Source: a virus | Taxonomy: Duplodnaviria > Heunggongvirae > Uroviricota > Caudoviricetes | Virus record (IMG/VR): IMGVR_UViG_2541047944_000004 | Location: 1 to 49,477 of that record | Reading direction: 5' to 3' (one strand) | DNA length: 49,477 nucleotides | Shown here: positions 9,498 through 18,466 of the stretch, in pieces | Numbering within the stretch: position 1 is the first letter of the stretch | Layout of the letters: every line of letters starts with the position of its first letter | Notes under the pieces: generated by a model | The model's input: the letters and a program-made list of their open reading frames with translations, nothing else | Databases searched by the model: none | What the model was told of the DNA's origin: nothing | Made by a program: the position numbers and the translations under genes

Positions 9498-9717
9498 TAC
9501 GTTTTTCACTTGCCTGGCATAGCAATCTCGCCAGCGAATCATAGCTACTGGGGCTCAGGAGAGAATCCCGTGAGTGATTTGTAAGAATCAGGTGGAAGCG
9601 GGTGAGAACTATAGCCCTGCATGTTACCAGGTTAACCATGTCGTGGTCGTGCTGGTTAATTTTGTACACAGTGCGCATGTGATTTTTAATTTTTTGGCAA
9701 ACAGCCATTAAAGACAT
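9262..9717 (-). CDS. Hypothetical protein (151 aa)
   Basis: Strong RBS AAGGAGG 6 nt upstream of ATG at 9717; orientation opposite to neighbours. Confidence 0.45.
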   Translation of the reverse strand: MSLMAVCQKIKNHMRTVYKINQHDHDMVNLVTCRAIVLTRFHLILTNHSRDSLLSPSSYDSLARLLCQASEKRITDPLSVSPVLALHILEDALYDPRQECDYQFLEAEKSMREWFVEYRERQQKLSSEYSELPQLRWSDLPNELFALTPEN

Positions 9718-9806
9718 GTCGAACCTCCTTTGGTTCTGTTGATTGGGGAATCACAGATTATATCCGGAGGAAGGTTCGACACCAGATGAGGCAATTATGG
9801 TTAAGG

Positions 9807-10921
9807 CTAAAAACATGCCAAATCCCATGCCAAAAACTAAGGCAAACAATGAGCCTTATCGCAAGGTAAAAATAACGATATGGGATGATCCCAAATTTAG
9901 GGCGTTATCTCCTCTGCCTCCAAGTGGACAGAGTTTGTTTATTTATCTGCTGACCAGTCCATTTACCGGGATTATTCCTGGGTTGTTTAAAGCCGGGCGG
10001 GCAGCAATGGCTGAAGAGTTGGGGTGGGCTATCGAAGCCTTTGACTTAGCCTTAGGCGAAGCCATGAATCTTGGCATGGTGAAAGCAGATATCAAAGCCA
10101 GAGTTTTTTGGCTCCCGAATGCTGCGAAACACAATCCGCCAAACTCGATAAATGTCATTAAATCCTGGGCAAAGGCATTCGCTTTAATTCCTGATTGCCC
10201 TCTCAAATGGGAGGCCAGGGAATCGCTGAGAGCCGCGTCCTACGGGGTTTCTGAAGCTTTGGGGATGGCATTCGATAAGGCAATCCCTTTGCCTGAGGAT
10301 AAGCCTAAGGATAAGGCTAACGCTTTGTCATGCGGTATCCAGATAACAGATAACAGATATATAAACCCCACACATAACGCGCGCGTGCGCGAGAGTGCTC
10401 CGGCCAGTGAGGCAAATGGCGTGCCGTTGCAGACAGCGGAACCTGATTACCTGGAAGGCCTGAGCGAACCCATCGGGAAATTTCCGATGACCGATGGCTG
10501 GCATCCGTCGCCGGATTTTCGACGACGGGCTGCGCTGTGGGGCGTGGCTCTTCCTGAGCCGGAATTTACACCAGCTGAACTTGCCGCCTTCCGGGACTAC
10601 TGGGCAGCGGAGGGCAAAGTGTTCACGCAGGTTCAGTGGGAGCAGAAATTCGCCCGTCACGTAAATCACGTCAGGGCGCAGGTTAAACCAGTCAGCAAGG
10701 GGGTGAGCCATGCAGCCGCACCAGGTGGCACCGCATCACGGGCAGTTCAGGAAATTCGGGCAGCACGTGAGCAGTGGGAACGTGAAAACGGATTTATCAG
10801 CGACGGAAACGGCGTGGAAGCTGTGGGAACTCATGGGGGAGGTTTATTCGAACCGCTGGACCCAGAAGAACGGGGCCGCACCTTCGAAGCTCTGGATTGC
10901 ACAGATTGGCGCGATGACTGA
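9807..10921 (+). CDS. Replication initiation protein with DnaT-like C-terminal domain (O-like replisome organizer)
   Basis: C-terminal region [54 protein letters not shown] recalled as DnaT-type domain of phage replication proteins; start uncertain (9743/9807/9825). Confidence 0.65.
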
Positions 10922-11375
10922 GCAGCAAATCCGGCTGGTCTGCCGCCAGTGCATGGACCGCTGCCGGGCGGGTGAAACATGGCCTCCGGACCTGGCTGAG
11001 TTTGTGGCGCTGATTTCTGAAAGCGGAGCCAATCCATTCGGTCTGACGGTGGATGCCGTGATGGAGGAGTACCGTCGCTGGCGCAACGAGTCCTGGCGAT
11101 ACGACGGGAGCGATAAATACCCGTGGTCTCAGCCTGTGCTGTATCACATTTGCCTCGAGATGCGTTCAAAGGGGATTGAGCGGCAGATGACCGAAGGGGA
11201 ATTAAAACGGCTTGCAGAACGGCAGCTGACGAAATGGGCAAAGCATGTTAGTAACGGCCTGAGCGTTCCGCCAGTCCGGCGACAACTGGCGGCACCCAAA
11301 CGCCCGTCGGGGCCAACGCCAATTGAGTTACTGAAACAGGAATATGAACGCCGGAAAGCGGCTGGGTTTGTTTGA
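10710..11375 (+). CDS. Replication protein P-like (helicase loader)
   Basis: Conserved blocks shared with recollected lambda P (YPW..., TDAELRRKAADEL versus [13 protein letters not shown]); start ambiguous (10710 with GGGGGT RBS, or 10833, or 10914). Confidence 0.6.
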   Translation: MQPHQVAPHHGQFRKFGQHVSSGNVKTDLSATETAWKLWELMGEVYSNRWTQKNGAAPSKLWIAQIGAMTEQQIRLVCRQCMDRCRAGETWPPDLAEFVALISESGANPFGLTVDAVMEEYRRWRNESWRYDGSDKYPWSQPVLYHICLEMRSKGIERQMTEGELKRLAERQLTKWAKHVSNGLSVPPVRRQLAAPKRPSGPTPIELLKQEYERRKAAGFV

Positions 11376-11407
11376 GTTGAGAAGTAATTTTTACCGGGAG
11401 GAAATTT

Positions 11408-12163
11408 ATGGAGACTGTTTTTGACGCACTGAAAGCGATGGGAAAAGCCACGTCGGTAGAGCTGGCTGCGCGACTTGATATCAGTCGTGAAGAAGTACTG
11501 AACGAGCTGTGGGAACTGAAAAAGGCTGGCTTCGTTGATAAAAGCGTATACACCTGGCGTGTGGCTGATAACAACGTTCAGCAGGAACAGCCAGCGCCAG
11601 AAGAACAGCCGGAAGAAACCACCACGGCGACAGTAGCGAAAATCTCAGAGTGCGATTTAACCGCGACGATTGAACAACGCGGACCACAAACGGCGGATGA
11701 ACTGGCTACGCTGTTCGGTACAACATCCCGCAAAGTGGCTTCAACGCTGGCAATGGCAATCAGCAAAGGTCGTCTGATTCGCGTTAATCAGAACGGTAAA
11801 TTTCGTTACTGCATGCCGGGCGGTAATTTACCAGCAGAGCCGAAAGCGGCATCGGTAGCGGAAACTGATGGTAAAGCCTTTCCTCAGCCTGCATGTGTTG
11901 CGTTACCAGTACAGGAAGCTGCAACACAGGAAGATATTAAAACAGAAACTGTGGCGGACATTGTGCAGTCGCTGCCATCGTTCACCGAAACGCGAGCGGA
12001 TGACCTGATTTTACCATCGCTGCATATGGCAAACCGCGAACTGCATCGGGCGAAAAGTCATGTCCAGAAGTGGGAGCGAGTCTGCGCCGCGCTGCGGGAG
12101 CTGAATAAATATCGCGATATTGTCGCCCAGCTTTGCCAGGAGGAAACCAGTGAGCAACATTAA
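11408..12163 (+). CDS. Hypothetical protein with N-terminal winged-helix-like region (251 aa)
   Basis: ORF with GGGAGG RBS; conserved lambdoid position after replication genes. Confidence 0.55.
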   Translation: METVFDALKAMGKATSVELAARLDISREEVLNELWELKKAGFVDKSVYTWRVADNNVQQEQPAPEEQPEETTTATVAKISECDLTATIEQRGPQTADELATLFGTTSRKVASTLAMAISKGRLIRVNQNGKFRYCMPGGNLPAEPKAASVAETDGKAFPQPACVALPVQEAATQEDIKTETVADIVQSLPSFTETRADDLILPSLHMANRELHRAKSHVQKWERVCAALRELNKYRDIVAQLCQEETSEQH

Positions 12164-12707
12164 TTACCAGGCACTGCGAATGGCGGCAGAAAATGCAACC
12201 CCTGGCGAATGGTGTTCTGATGATTACTATGGGGTAATTGCTGATGCCGGACTGAACGCAAATTACTACATAGCATCATGCTCAGGACCAGATAATCGCG
12301 CCAATAAGCGATTCATAGCAGCAGCCAATCCGGCTACCGTGCTGGCACTGCTGGATGAACGGGAAGTCCAAAGCAAACGCATTGCAGAACTGGAGACTAA
12401 TCTTGCTGCACTTGCGGCGGAGAATGCGGGGCTGAATAAATTTATCGTACAGAGTTGCTATGTGTTTGATGGCGAGCAGGATGAACTATCTGATGCGTAT
12501 ATCTGCGCAATAGACGGAAGGATGCCGCAAATCCCAGCCACCGACGCTTTCTTGTCGGATGTGCGGGCTGGGGCGTTTAACGACCTTTGCGCGGCGTTTG
12601 TCAGGCACGCAAAAGTTGCAGGACTGGATGATGCCGATACCGTAACGCTTAAGGAAGTGACAGATGCGCTGCTGCATTGTGCAGAACAGCTTCGTATATC
12701 TGAATAA
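12152..12707 (+). CDS. Ead/Ea22-like family protein
   Basis: N-terminal [17 protein letters not shown] motif typical of Ead/Ea22-like proteins; GTG start with GGAGG RBS. Confidence 0.65.
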
Positions 12708-12777
12708 TTAAATTTAGAACTGTAAATAAAATTTAATCCTTAACCGGAGGGGGTTCTGCACCCTCAAATCATCAGGA

Positions 12778-12796
12778 GGCCGCCCAAAAGGGCGGT
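12778..12796. terminator. Hairpin GGCCGCCC-aaaa-GGGCGG in convergent intergenic region (possible terminator)
   Basis: Perfect 6-7 bp GC stem; no clear U-run on either strand. Confidence 0.3.
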
Positions 12797-12879
12797 GAGA
12801 AAATATAAATAAAATACGATGATTATTACGCCTAAAGAAATCAGGAAGTGAAATGGGGTGTTAGATGTTGCAAAATGTT

Positions 12880-13341
12880 TTATTTGTTTTGTAATGCTTT
12901 TTTTACAACCATAAGCATAGAACTAATGACTTCCAGTGTAATATTTAATGACAATGCAATGGATAATATTTCAAATGTGGTAAATAATCGCGCTCTTGAC
13001 ATAAAAAACTCCCATTTTGGATATTCTAGCAAAGGTATATCCATCTCCCTTAAATAAGGAATAAAAACGGATGCACCAAGACAAAAAATCAGGATTTTTA
13101 AATCTAATTCCAGCTTGACAAAATAATCATCAAATACATGTTTATTATTTTGAGGGCAGATGTTGATTAGCATGCTAAAAATCACTGATATACCAGCGAT
13201 GATGCCACCTAAGGTGGCACCAATAATACCAGCTGAAGACTGTTCGATTATAGAGTAAGTGTTTTTATCCTCTGAGGAAAAAATAAAGCAAATTACACCA
13301 ATAACAATTAGTCTCACCATCAAGGTTGCTAGTTTTTGCAT
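12880..13341 (-). CDS. Four-helix inner-membrane protein (153 aa), candidate RexB-like effector
   Basis: Four hydrophobic segments; GIIGATLGGIIAGISVIF resembles the G.GATL...AG segment I recall in lambda RexB; start overlaps upstream gene stop by 13 nt; AT-rich. Confidence 0.6.
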   Translation of the reverse strand: MQKLATLMVRLIVIGVICFIFSSEDKNTYSIIEQSSAGIIGATLGGIIAGISVIFSMLINICPQNNKHVFDDYFVKLELDLKILIFCLGASVFIPYLREMDIPLLEYPKWEFFMSRARLFTTFEILSIALSLNITLEVISSMLMVVKKALQNK

Positions 13342-14267
13342 TTTTCAAACCGATAATCTTTTCTTACTAGGGAAATAATGTCCTTTACGTCATTTGCAGA
13401 ATAACCACTTAATGTGCATTCTGAAAGAGAACCATCTACAAAAATTAATTTTGCTGTAGGCTCACTATTTAAAGTAATACTTTTGGCTGTAGGACTCTTT
13501 TTCCCTTTTATCTGCCAACTTCCTCCGCCATCATTAGTCCAATCAACTAAAACATTTGCCCATGTGGAATCACGAAGATTAAGATTTCCATCTTTATTTT
13601 CAAATGTTGTGGTTAGAGCAGTAGCATTGGTATCATCTTCTATTTTGTTTAAGGCGTCTGTTAGTGCTTTTTTACTATCCCCAAAAATATTTGGCATAAC
13701 AAGAGCAAATGTCACTTGCTCAATATGCCTTAACTTGTCATATTCAACCCAAAAGTTGTCCTTCTCCAGACAAGGTTCAATAAATATGCGTAATCCTTTT
13801 TCGACGAGGTAATCATTGTTAGATAATTCCTCAAACATCATTGCCGCATTGTGAGCACTTTTAAAAACAGTGGTTTTTCGTTCAATTAAAATAACTTGTT
13901 CTTGACGATCCCATAACCATACTACAGGAGGGAAACTTGGAACATTGTATTCTTGAAAGTCCTCATTGTAACCATGCAGTTTCTTTTGTTTCGAAATCAA
14001 ACCTGCCATGACCCCATCAGTCGGGGCGACAGAAAGTTTTAATCTATACTGCCAGTTTTTATGGACAGATGGTGTTTGTGACACTCGTTTTATATTTTTT
14101 GATGCGTGAACGATCGCTTGCTCAAAGTGTTCAATACATCGCTCTTCGCCACTATGCTGAAACAAATCTGGATCTCTGGGCTTTAATAGTACGCGTAAAG
14201 CAAAAAAAAATACATTGAGAATCTCCATATAAAGTTTACCGCTATTATCACTATTCCGAGGAAACAT
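13329..14267 (-). CDS. Hypothetical soluble protein (312 aa), upstream partner of membrane protein; candidate sensor of a two-gene abortive-infection cassette
   Basis: Long ORF in markedly AT-rich DNA; no recognised catalytic motif; T9 run within codons 22-25; C10 run 5 nt upstream of ATG. Confidence 0.6.
   Translation of the reverse strand: MFPRNSDNSGKLYMEILNVFFFALRVLLKPRDPDLFQHSGEERCIEHFEQAIVHASKNIKRVSQTPSVHKNWQYRLKLSVAPTDGVMAGLISKQKKLHGYNEDFQEYNVPSFPPVVWLWDRQEQVILIERKTTVFKSAHNAAMMFEELSNNDYLVEKGLRIFIEPCLEKDNFWVEYDKLRHIEQVTFALVMPNIFGDSKKALTDALNKIEDDTNATALTTTFENKDGNLNLRDSTWANVLVDWTNDGGGSWQIKGKKSPTAKSITLNSEPTAKLIFVDGSLSECTLSGYSANDVKDIISLVRKDYRFEKCKN
14202..14210. repeat. Homopolymeric A9 (T9 on coding strand) within 5' coding region of the 312-aa gene
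   Basis: Seen directly: caaaaaaaaat on plus strand, encodes VFFFA. Confidence 0.9.
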
Positions 14268-14272
14268 TCAAT

Positions 14273-14282
14273 GGGGGGGGGG
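14273..14282. repeat. Homopolymeric G10 (C10 on coding strand) 5 nt upstream of the 312-aa gene start codon
   Basis: Seen directly: atgggggggggg on plus strand. Confidence 0.9.
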
Positions 14283-14399
14283 CTTCAAACTAAAATTGTT
14301 GGCAGCAACATGTCCGATAGGTAGAATTGCTGCGGGTGCTTGAGGCTATCTGCCTCGAGCATGTCACCAAAGGCAGATAGAGAAAAGCCCCAGTTAACA

Positions 14400-14470
14400 T
14401 TCGGCGTCCGGCAAGACGCTTAACATTAATCTGAGGCCATATCTATGACTTGCACACGTAGGTTAGCCTC
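14400..14470 (-). ncRNA. Putative Sok-type antisense RNA region
   Basis: Inferred only from hok/sok family organization (antisense to hok leader); boundaries not determinable by eye. Confidence 0.3.
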
Positions 14471-14501
14471 TTACGTGCCGAAAGGCAAGGAGAAGCAGGC
14501 T

Positions 14502-14657
14502 ATGAAGCAGCAAAAGGCGATGTTAATCGCCCTGATCGTCATCTGTTTAACCGTCATAGTGACGGCACTGGTAACGAGGAAAGACCTCTGCGAGGTACGA
14601 ATCCGAACCGGCCAGACGGAGGTCGCTGTCTTCACAGCTTACGAACCTGAGGAGTAA
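14502..14657 (+). CDS. hok: Hok/Gef family type I toxin (HokD/RelF-like)
   Basis: MKQQKAMLIALIVICLTVIVTALVTRKDLCEVRIRTGQTEVAVFTAYEPEE matches Hok family; in-frame upstream extension from 14445 may be a mok-like leader. Confidence 0.85.
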   Translation: MKQQKAMLIALIVICLTVIVTALVTRKDLCEVRIRTGQTEVAVFTAYEPEE

Positions 14658-14725
14658 GAGACCTGGCGGGGGAGAAATCTCCCGCCACCTCTGATGTGTC
14701 AGGCATCCTCAATGCACCCACACTT

Positions 14726-14752
14726 AACCCGCTTCGGCGGGTTTTTGTTTTT
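14726..14752 (+). terminator. Rho-independent terminator of hok transcript
   Basis: AACCCGCttcgGCGGGTT followed by TTTTGTTTTTATTTT. Confidence 0.55.
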
Positions 14753-14877
14753 ATTTTCAACGCGTTTGAAGTTTTGGATAGTGCCGGAATAGAATCAAAA
14801 ATACTTAAGTAGCGTGCAGGGAGAAGAGGGATGGACCCCGAACAGGGGAGTGCTATTTATCTGGAAGGATTCTGTTG

Positions 14878-15051
14878 ATGAAAATCGAAGAATTACGTGA
14901 AATTTTTAGTGAAGATGGCCTCTATGCTGTGCGCGTTGAGAATGGAGAAGTTATCTACACAACGTTAATTCCTGATGATCATGTGATTTTATCTATTGAG
15001 GCATTCATTGAATACCTGGAAAGGCTCGGTTTCAAGGTGGTTCGGGAATGA
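14878..15051 (+). CDS. Hypothetical small protein (57 aa)
   Basis: ORF below track cutoff found by hand (MKIEELREIFSEDGLYAVRVENGEVIYTTLIPDDHVILSIEAFIEYLERLGFKVVRE); GGAAGGA RBS. Confidence 0.4.
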   Translation: MKIEELREIFSEDGLYAVRVENGEVIYTTLIPDDHVILSIEAFIEYLERLGFKVVRE

Positions 15052-15110
15052 GTTATAATTCGTAAGCCAGCCTGAACAACTGGCAACCTACAGCGCCATT
15101 GGAGATAGCA

Positions 15111-15710
15111 ATGGCGCATATACAACTGGTCAAACAAACCTCTTCCGGATTACTTCTCCCGGCGACGCCGGAGAGTTGCGATTTTCTGCATCAAATCAAA
15201 ATAGGTGAGTGGATACACGCAGACTTTAAGCGTGTGCGTAACTACGCATTCCACAAGCGTTTTTTCAAACTCCTGCAACTGGGATTCGATTACTGGACTC
15301 CGGTCGGTGGGGCGATCACGCCTCGCGAACGAGAACTGCTGTCTGGTTTCGTTGATTACCTGTGCGAATCAGTTGGTCGGGAACACACGCCAGCCCTGAG
15401 TGATGCCGCAGAGCAATATCTGAATACAGTTGCGACACGCAGAACCCGGGATACAGCATTGCTAAAGTCGTTTGAGGCTTTCCGCGAGTGGGTAACCATT
15501 CAGGCCGGATTTTACACCGAGCATATTTATCCGGACGGTAGCCGTGGGCGCAGGGCGAAATCCATCTCGTTTGCGAATATGGACGAAACCGAGTTTCAGC
15601 AGGTTTATAAATCTGTACTGAATGTGCTGTGGAATTGGATTCTGTTCCGTAAATTTTCCTCTCCGGAACAAGTCGAAAATGTGGCCGTGCAGCTGCTGGA
15701 GTTTGCGTAA
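15111..15710 (+). CDS. Conserved nin-region protein (DUF1367-like)
   Basis: ATG 15111 with GGAG RBS; conserved lambdoid position upstream of YbcO-like/Q genes; family assignment from recollection. Confidence 0.55.
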   Translation: MAHIQLVKQTSSGLLLPATPESCDFLHQIKIGEWIHADFKRVRNYAFHKRFFKLLQLGFDYWTPVGGAITPRERELLSGFVDYLCESVGREHTPALSDAAEQYLNTVATRRTRDTALLKSFEAFREWVTIQAGFYTEHIYPDGSRGRRAKSISFANMDETEFQQVYKSVLNVLWNWILFRKFSSPEQVENVAVQLLEFA

Positions 15711-16000
15711 TGGTGGATTTACGTAAAGCGGCGCGGGGCCAGATGTGCCAGGTCAGAATTCCTGGCTACTGCAATCACAATCCCGAAACGTCTGTGCTGG
15801 CGCATTACCGACTGGCGGGAACGTGCGGAACAGCGATAAAGCCACACGATATGCAGGCCGCGATTGCCTGTAACTCATGCCACGATTTAATCGACGGGCG
15901 GGTAAAAACCAGCGATTACACCAAAGAAGAATTACGCCTGATGCATGCAGAAGGTGTTTTTCGCACGCAAGAAATCTGGAGAAAGGAAGGTTATTTATGA
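15710..16000 (+). CDS. YbcO-like protein (DUF1364, Cys-rich putative nuclease)
   Basis: DLRKAARG..CQVRIPG.CN.NPETSVLAH.RL...CGT..KP.D...IACS.CHD matches recollected DLP12 YbcO; TAATG overlap upstream, ATGA overlap downstream. Confidence 0.6.
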   Translation: MVDLRKAARGQMCQVRIPGYCNHNPETSVLAHYRLAGTCGTAIKPHDMQAAIACNSCHDLIDGRVKTSDYTKEELRLMHAEGVFRTQEIWRKEGYL

Positions 16001-16533
16001 TTTACCCAACAAATACAGGCAAAAGCGGGGAACACCTTCGTCTCACCACGCTGGAAAGTGTCTGGATTCAGGGAAAACTGCGCATGTGGGGGCGCTGGTC
16101 GTATATTGGCGGCGGTAAGACGGGGAATATGTTTAACCAGTTGCTGGCGTCAAAAAAATTGACGAAAACAGCCATCAATGAAGCCCTGCGCAGAATGAAA
16201 AAAGCGGGAATAGAGAAAGCTGAGCTGGAAGCGTTTTTGCGAGAGATGATCAACGGCAAGCAAAAGAGCTGGTTGGCGCATTGTACTGATGCAGAGGCAC
16301 TAAAAATTGATAGTGTTATAGGTGAAGTTCTGGCGGAACATCCAGGACTACTAAATGTCCTGAGTCAGCGTTATGTGGGGCGAGGGATGAGTAAGAGAAG
16401 GATGGCCGAGTTATTAAACGAACAGTACCCAGAGTGGGCGTTGATTACATGCCGACGTCGTGTTGATCAGTGGTTGCGTGTTGCTGAGTTCATTTTGTAT
16501 TCACCTATGAGAGAAGCGTTCGATTATGCTTAA
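15997..16533 (+). CDS. Putative late-gene antiterminator Q
   Basis: 178-aa ORF immediately upstream of late promoter, tRNAs and lysis genes; no obvious Cys4 zinc finger, so Q family type uncertain. Confidence 0.55.
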   Translation: MIYPTNTGKSGEHLRLTTLESVWIQGKLRMWGRWSYIGGGKTGNMFNQLLASKKLTKTAINEALRRMKKAGIEKAELEAFLREMINGKQKSWLAHCTDAEALKIDSVIGEVLAEHPGLLNVLSQRYVGRGMSKRRMAELLNEQYPEWALITCRRRVDQWLRVAEFILYSPMREAFDYA

Positions 16534-16628
16534 AAAATCATTGCAAAATGAGCCACAAACTGCTTCAATTTCGGTACGCTTCGCATAGCTGTATCGTGAG
16601 GCAAATTAAGCGCATGAACTTTAATACA

Positions 16629-16655
16629 ACCCGCCATTGAGCGGGTTTTGTTGTT
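16629..16655 (+). terminator. Rho-independent terminator downstream of Q
   Basis: ACCCGCcattgaGCGGGT followed by TTTGTTGTTT. Confidence 0.5.
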
Positions 16656-16781
16656 TCTGTGGCGTGATATCAGAAACGACATTTAATAATCGCCTTCAAA
16701 ATAAATTTGTTTATACATTGTCATGTATATTTTAAGTGAAAGTGAATTATTCACATAAAATAAAAACATATAAATAAATTT

Positions 16782-16810
16782 ACACAACTTGACACAAAGT
16801 GTTGTTGCGA
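16782..16810 (+). promoter_or_regulatory. Putative late promoter pR' (TTGACA, 17-nt spacer, TGGAAT)
   Basis: Consensus -35 in AT-rich region between Q and tRNAs; -10 is weak. Confidence 0.35.
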
Positions 16811-16895
16811 TTGGAATATTAAATCGTATCATCGAAAACGGTTCTGAGGGGGAACTCTTCTTTGCTCGGTGATATCGCTCCCCTGAAGAACCAAT

Positions 16896-16971
<76 letters not shown>

Positions 16972-16974
16972 TAT

Positions 16975-17049
<75 letters not shown>

Positions 17050-17413
17050 GCATTTGAAACAAGCCTTATTGTATTGCGGCACTGGCGTATTTTTTTATTA
17101 CGTGGGAGCAGGTTGTTTTGAAAAAGCATTCTGTTCTCTGGCTATGATTTGAGGCCGGGTGTAGCCTCAGTGCTGATTTTTTACGGCAGCAGAATGGTGC
17201 ATTATCGGTGGAGATTTTGTATTTCCTGGCAGGGTCGGTGATGCATCATTCTGGTGTTGTAAAAGCACCGCAGAGGCGTTCCTCAGGGCGAGGGTGGTTT
17301 AAAGAGTCGGTTTAGCGGGAAACCACAGTATCCATACGGCACGGAATACTTCGGGAGGCACCCGACGCCTCGGTTTAATAACAATTAAAAAATTCATCCC
17401 TTGCATTGACCAA

Positions 17414-17438
17414 CCGCCATATCTGGCGGTTTTTTTTA
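17414..17438 (+). terminator. Rho-independent terminator in late leader (tR'-like)
   Basis: CCGCCAtatcTGGCGG followed by TTTTTTTT. Confidence 0.55.
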
Positions 17439-17763
17439 TTCCTTTCTCAGGACAAAAAAGACACGAGCATCCAGGAATACTCGAGGGACAATGTCCTATG
17501 GATAGCAATTTGCGAGAGGGTGAAAAGTAGCGCGGTCGTCGGATTAAGACCGCGGGACAAAGTCCATGAAGAATAATAAGTATTGGCCCCCTTCCGGGGA
17601 CATGTTCATACTACTAAGCTTCAGAAGTGGTTTAAATCCTCAAATTAACCTTAATTTCCGATAAGTCTTATTTCATTTCTTTGCGCCACATCTGGCGCGC
17701 ATCAAATAACGCCACGCAAAGGGCATCTGCGGATGCTGGTGCTTTTGACGGGGTGTTTTTTAC

Positions 17764-17786
17764 GGGCCGCTGGTGGCCCTTTTTTA
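17764..17786 (+). terminator. Rho-independent terminator immediately upstream of lysis genes
   Basis: GGGCCgctggtGGCCC followed by TTTTTTATTT. Confidence 0.5.
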
Positions 17787-17804
17787 TTTACAGGAGAAAA
17801 AAGT

Positions 17805-18197
17805 ATGTCTGAACCCTTATCCGGTTCCGGCACGGCTGCGGCGCTCGGTGGGGCGACGGTGTACGGGCTGTTTACCGGAACGGATTTCGGGATTGTGTTT
17901 GGTGCGTTCGCCGGGGCGTTATTTGTGGCAACGATGCCGCAGGCGCTTTCAGCCTGGCGTGTGGCGGCGCATTTTCTGGTGTCGTTCATTATCGGCGTGC
18001 TGGGCGCAGAGGTTCTGGCATCCTGGCTGGTAAAGCATACAGAGTTTGACGGTGCACCTGTCGACGCATTGTGTGCAGTACTGGTGTCAGTGGTGTCGGT
18101 GAAGATTCTCTCGTTCATCCACCAGCAGGATATTGCATCACTGGTGTCCGGCCTGTTCTCCCGCCTGCGGGGTGGAGGAGGCGGCAATGTTAAGTAA
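17805..18197 (+). CDS. Putative holin (130 aa membrane protein)
   Basis: AGGAGA RBS; Gly/Ala-rich hydrophobic segments; first gene of lysis cassette preceding endolysin. Confidence 0.55.
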   Translation: MSEPLSGSGTAAALGGATVYGLFTGTDFGIVFGAFAGALFVATMPQALSAWRVAAHFLVSFIIGVLGAEVLASWLVKHTEFDGAPVDALCAVLVSVVSVKILSFIHQQDIASLVSGLFSRLRGGGGGNVK

Positions 18198-18465
18198 CCT
18201 TCCCGGATTACTGAATGTGGCGTTATGCACGGTTATCGTGCTGACGCTCTTTTTTTATCGTCGCCGTGATTCCAGACATAAACCGCTGATGTCATGGCTG
18301 GCCTGGCTGCTGATGCTGCTGTATGCCTTTGCGCCCCTCAGCTATCTGTGTGGTCGCCCGTTAGCAACGGGCTGGCTGGAAGTGTTTTTTAACCTGCTGT
18401 TCTGCGTGCTGGTGATACGCGCACGCGGGAACGTCACAAAAATCTTTCCATTGTTGAGGCACTGA
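18187..18465 (+). CDS. Putative holin/antiholin-like membrane protein (92 aa)
   Basis: GGAGGAGG RBS; two hydrophobic helices; between holin-like gene and endolysin. Confidence 0.5.
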   Translation: MLSNLPGLLNVALCTVIVLTLFFYRRRDSRHKPLMSWLAWLLMLLYAFAPLSYLCGRPLATGWLEVFFNLLFCVLVIRARGNVTKIFPLLRH

Positions 18466-18466
18466 G

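Noticed and set aside
10797-11241. Minus-strand ORFs of 116 and 136 aa within the P-like gene
   Set aside because: Antisense to the conserved replication gene; Arg/Pro/Ser-rich composition typical of GC-rich antisense frames.
12848-13057. 69-aa plus-strand ORF overlapping the membrane protein gene
   Set aside because: Antisense to the better-supported minus-strand gene in an AT-rich region where short ORFs arise by chance.
17050-17800. Possible toxin (stx-like) cargo between tRNAs and holin
   Set aside because: No ORF of suitable size or signal-peptide-bearing A/B subunit pair; only terminator hairpins and short spurious frames, so treated as non-coding leader.
17702-18187. 161-aa minus-strand ORF overlapping the holin-like gene and late leader
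   Set aside because: Antisense to the lysis cassette start, Pro/Ala-rich low-complexity translation, no RBS.
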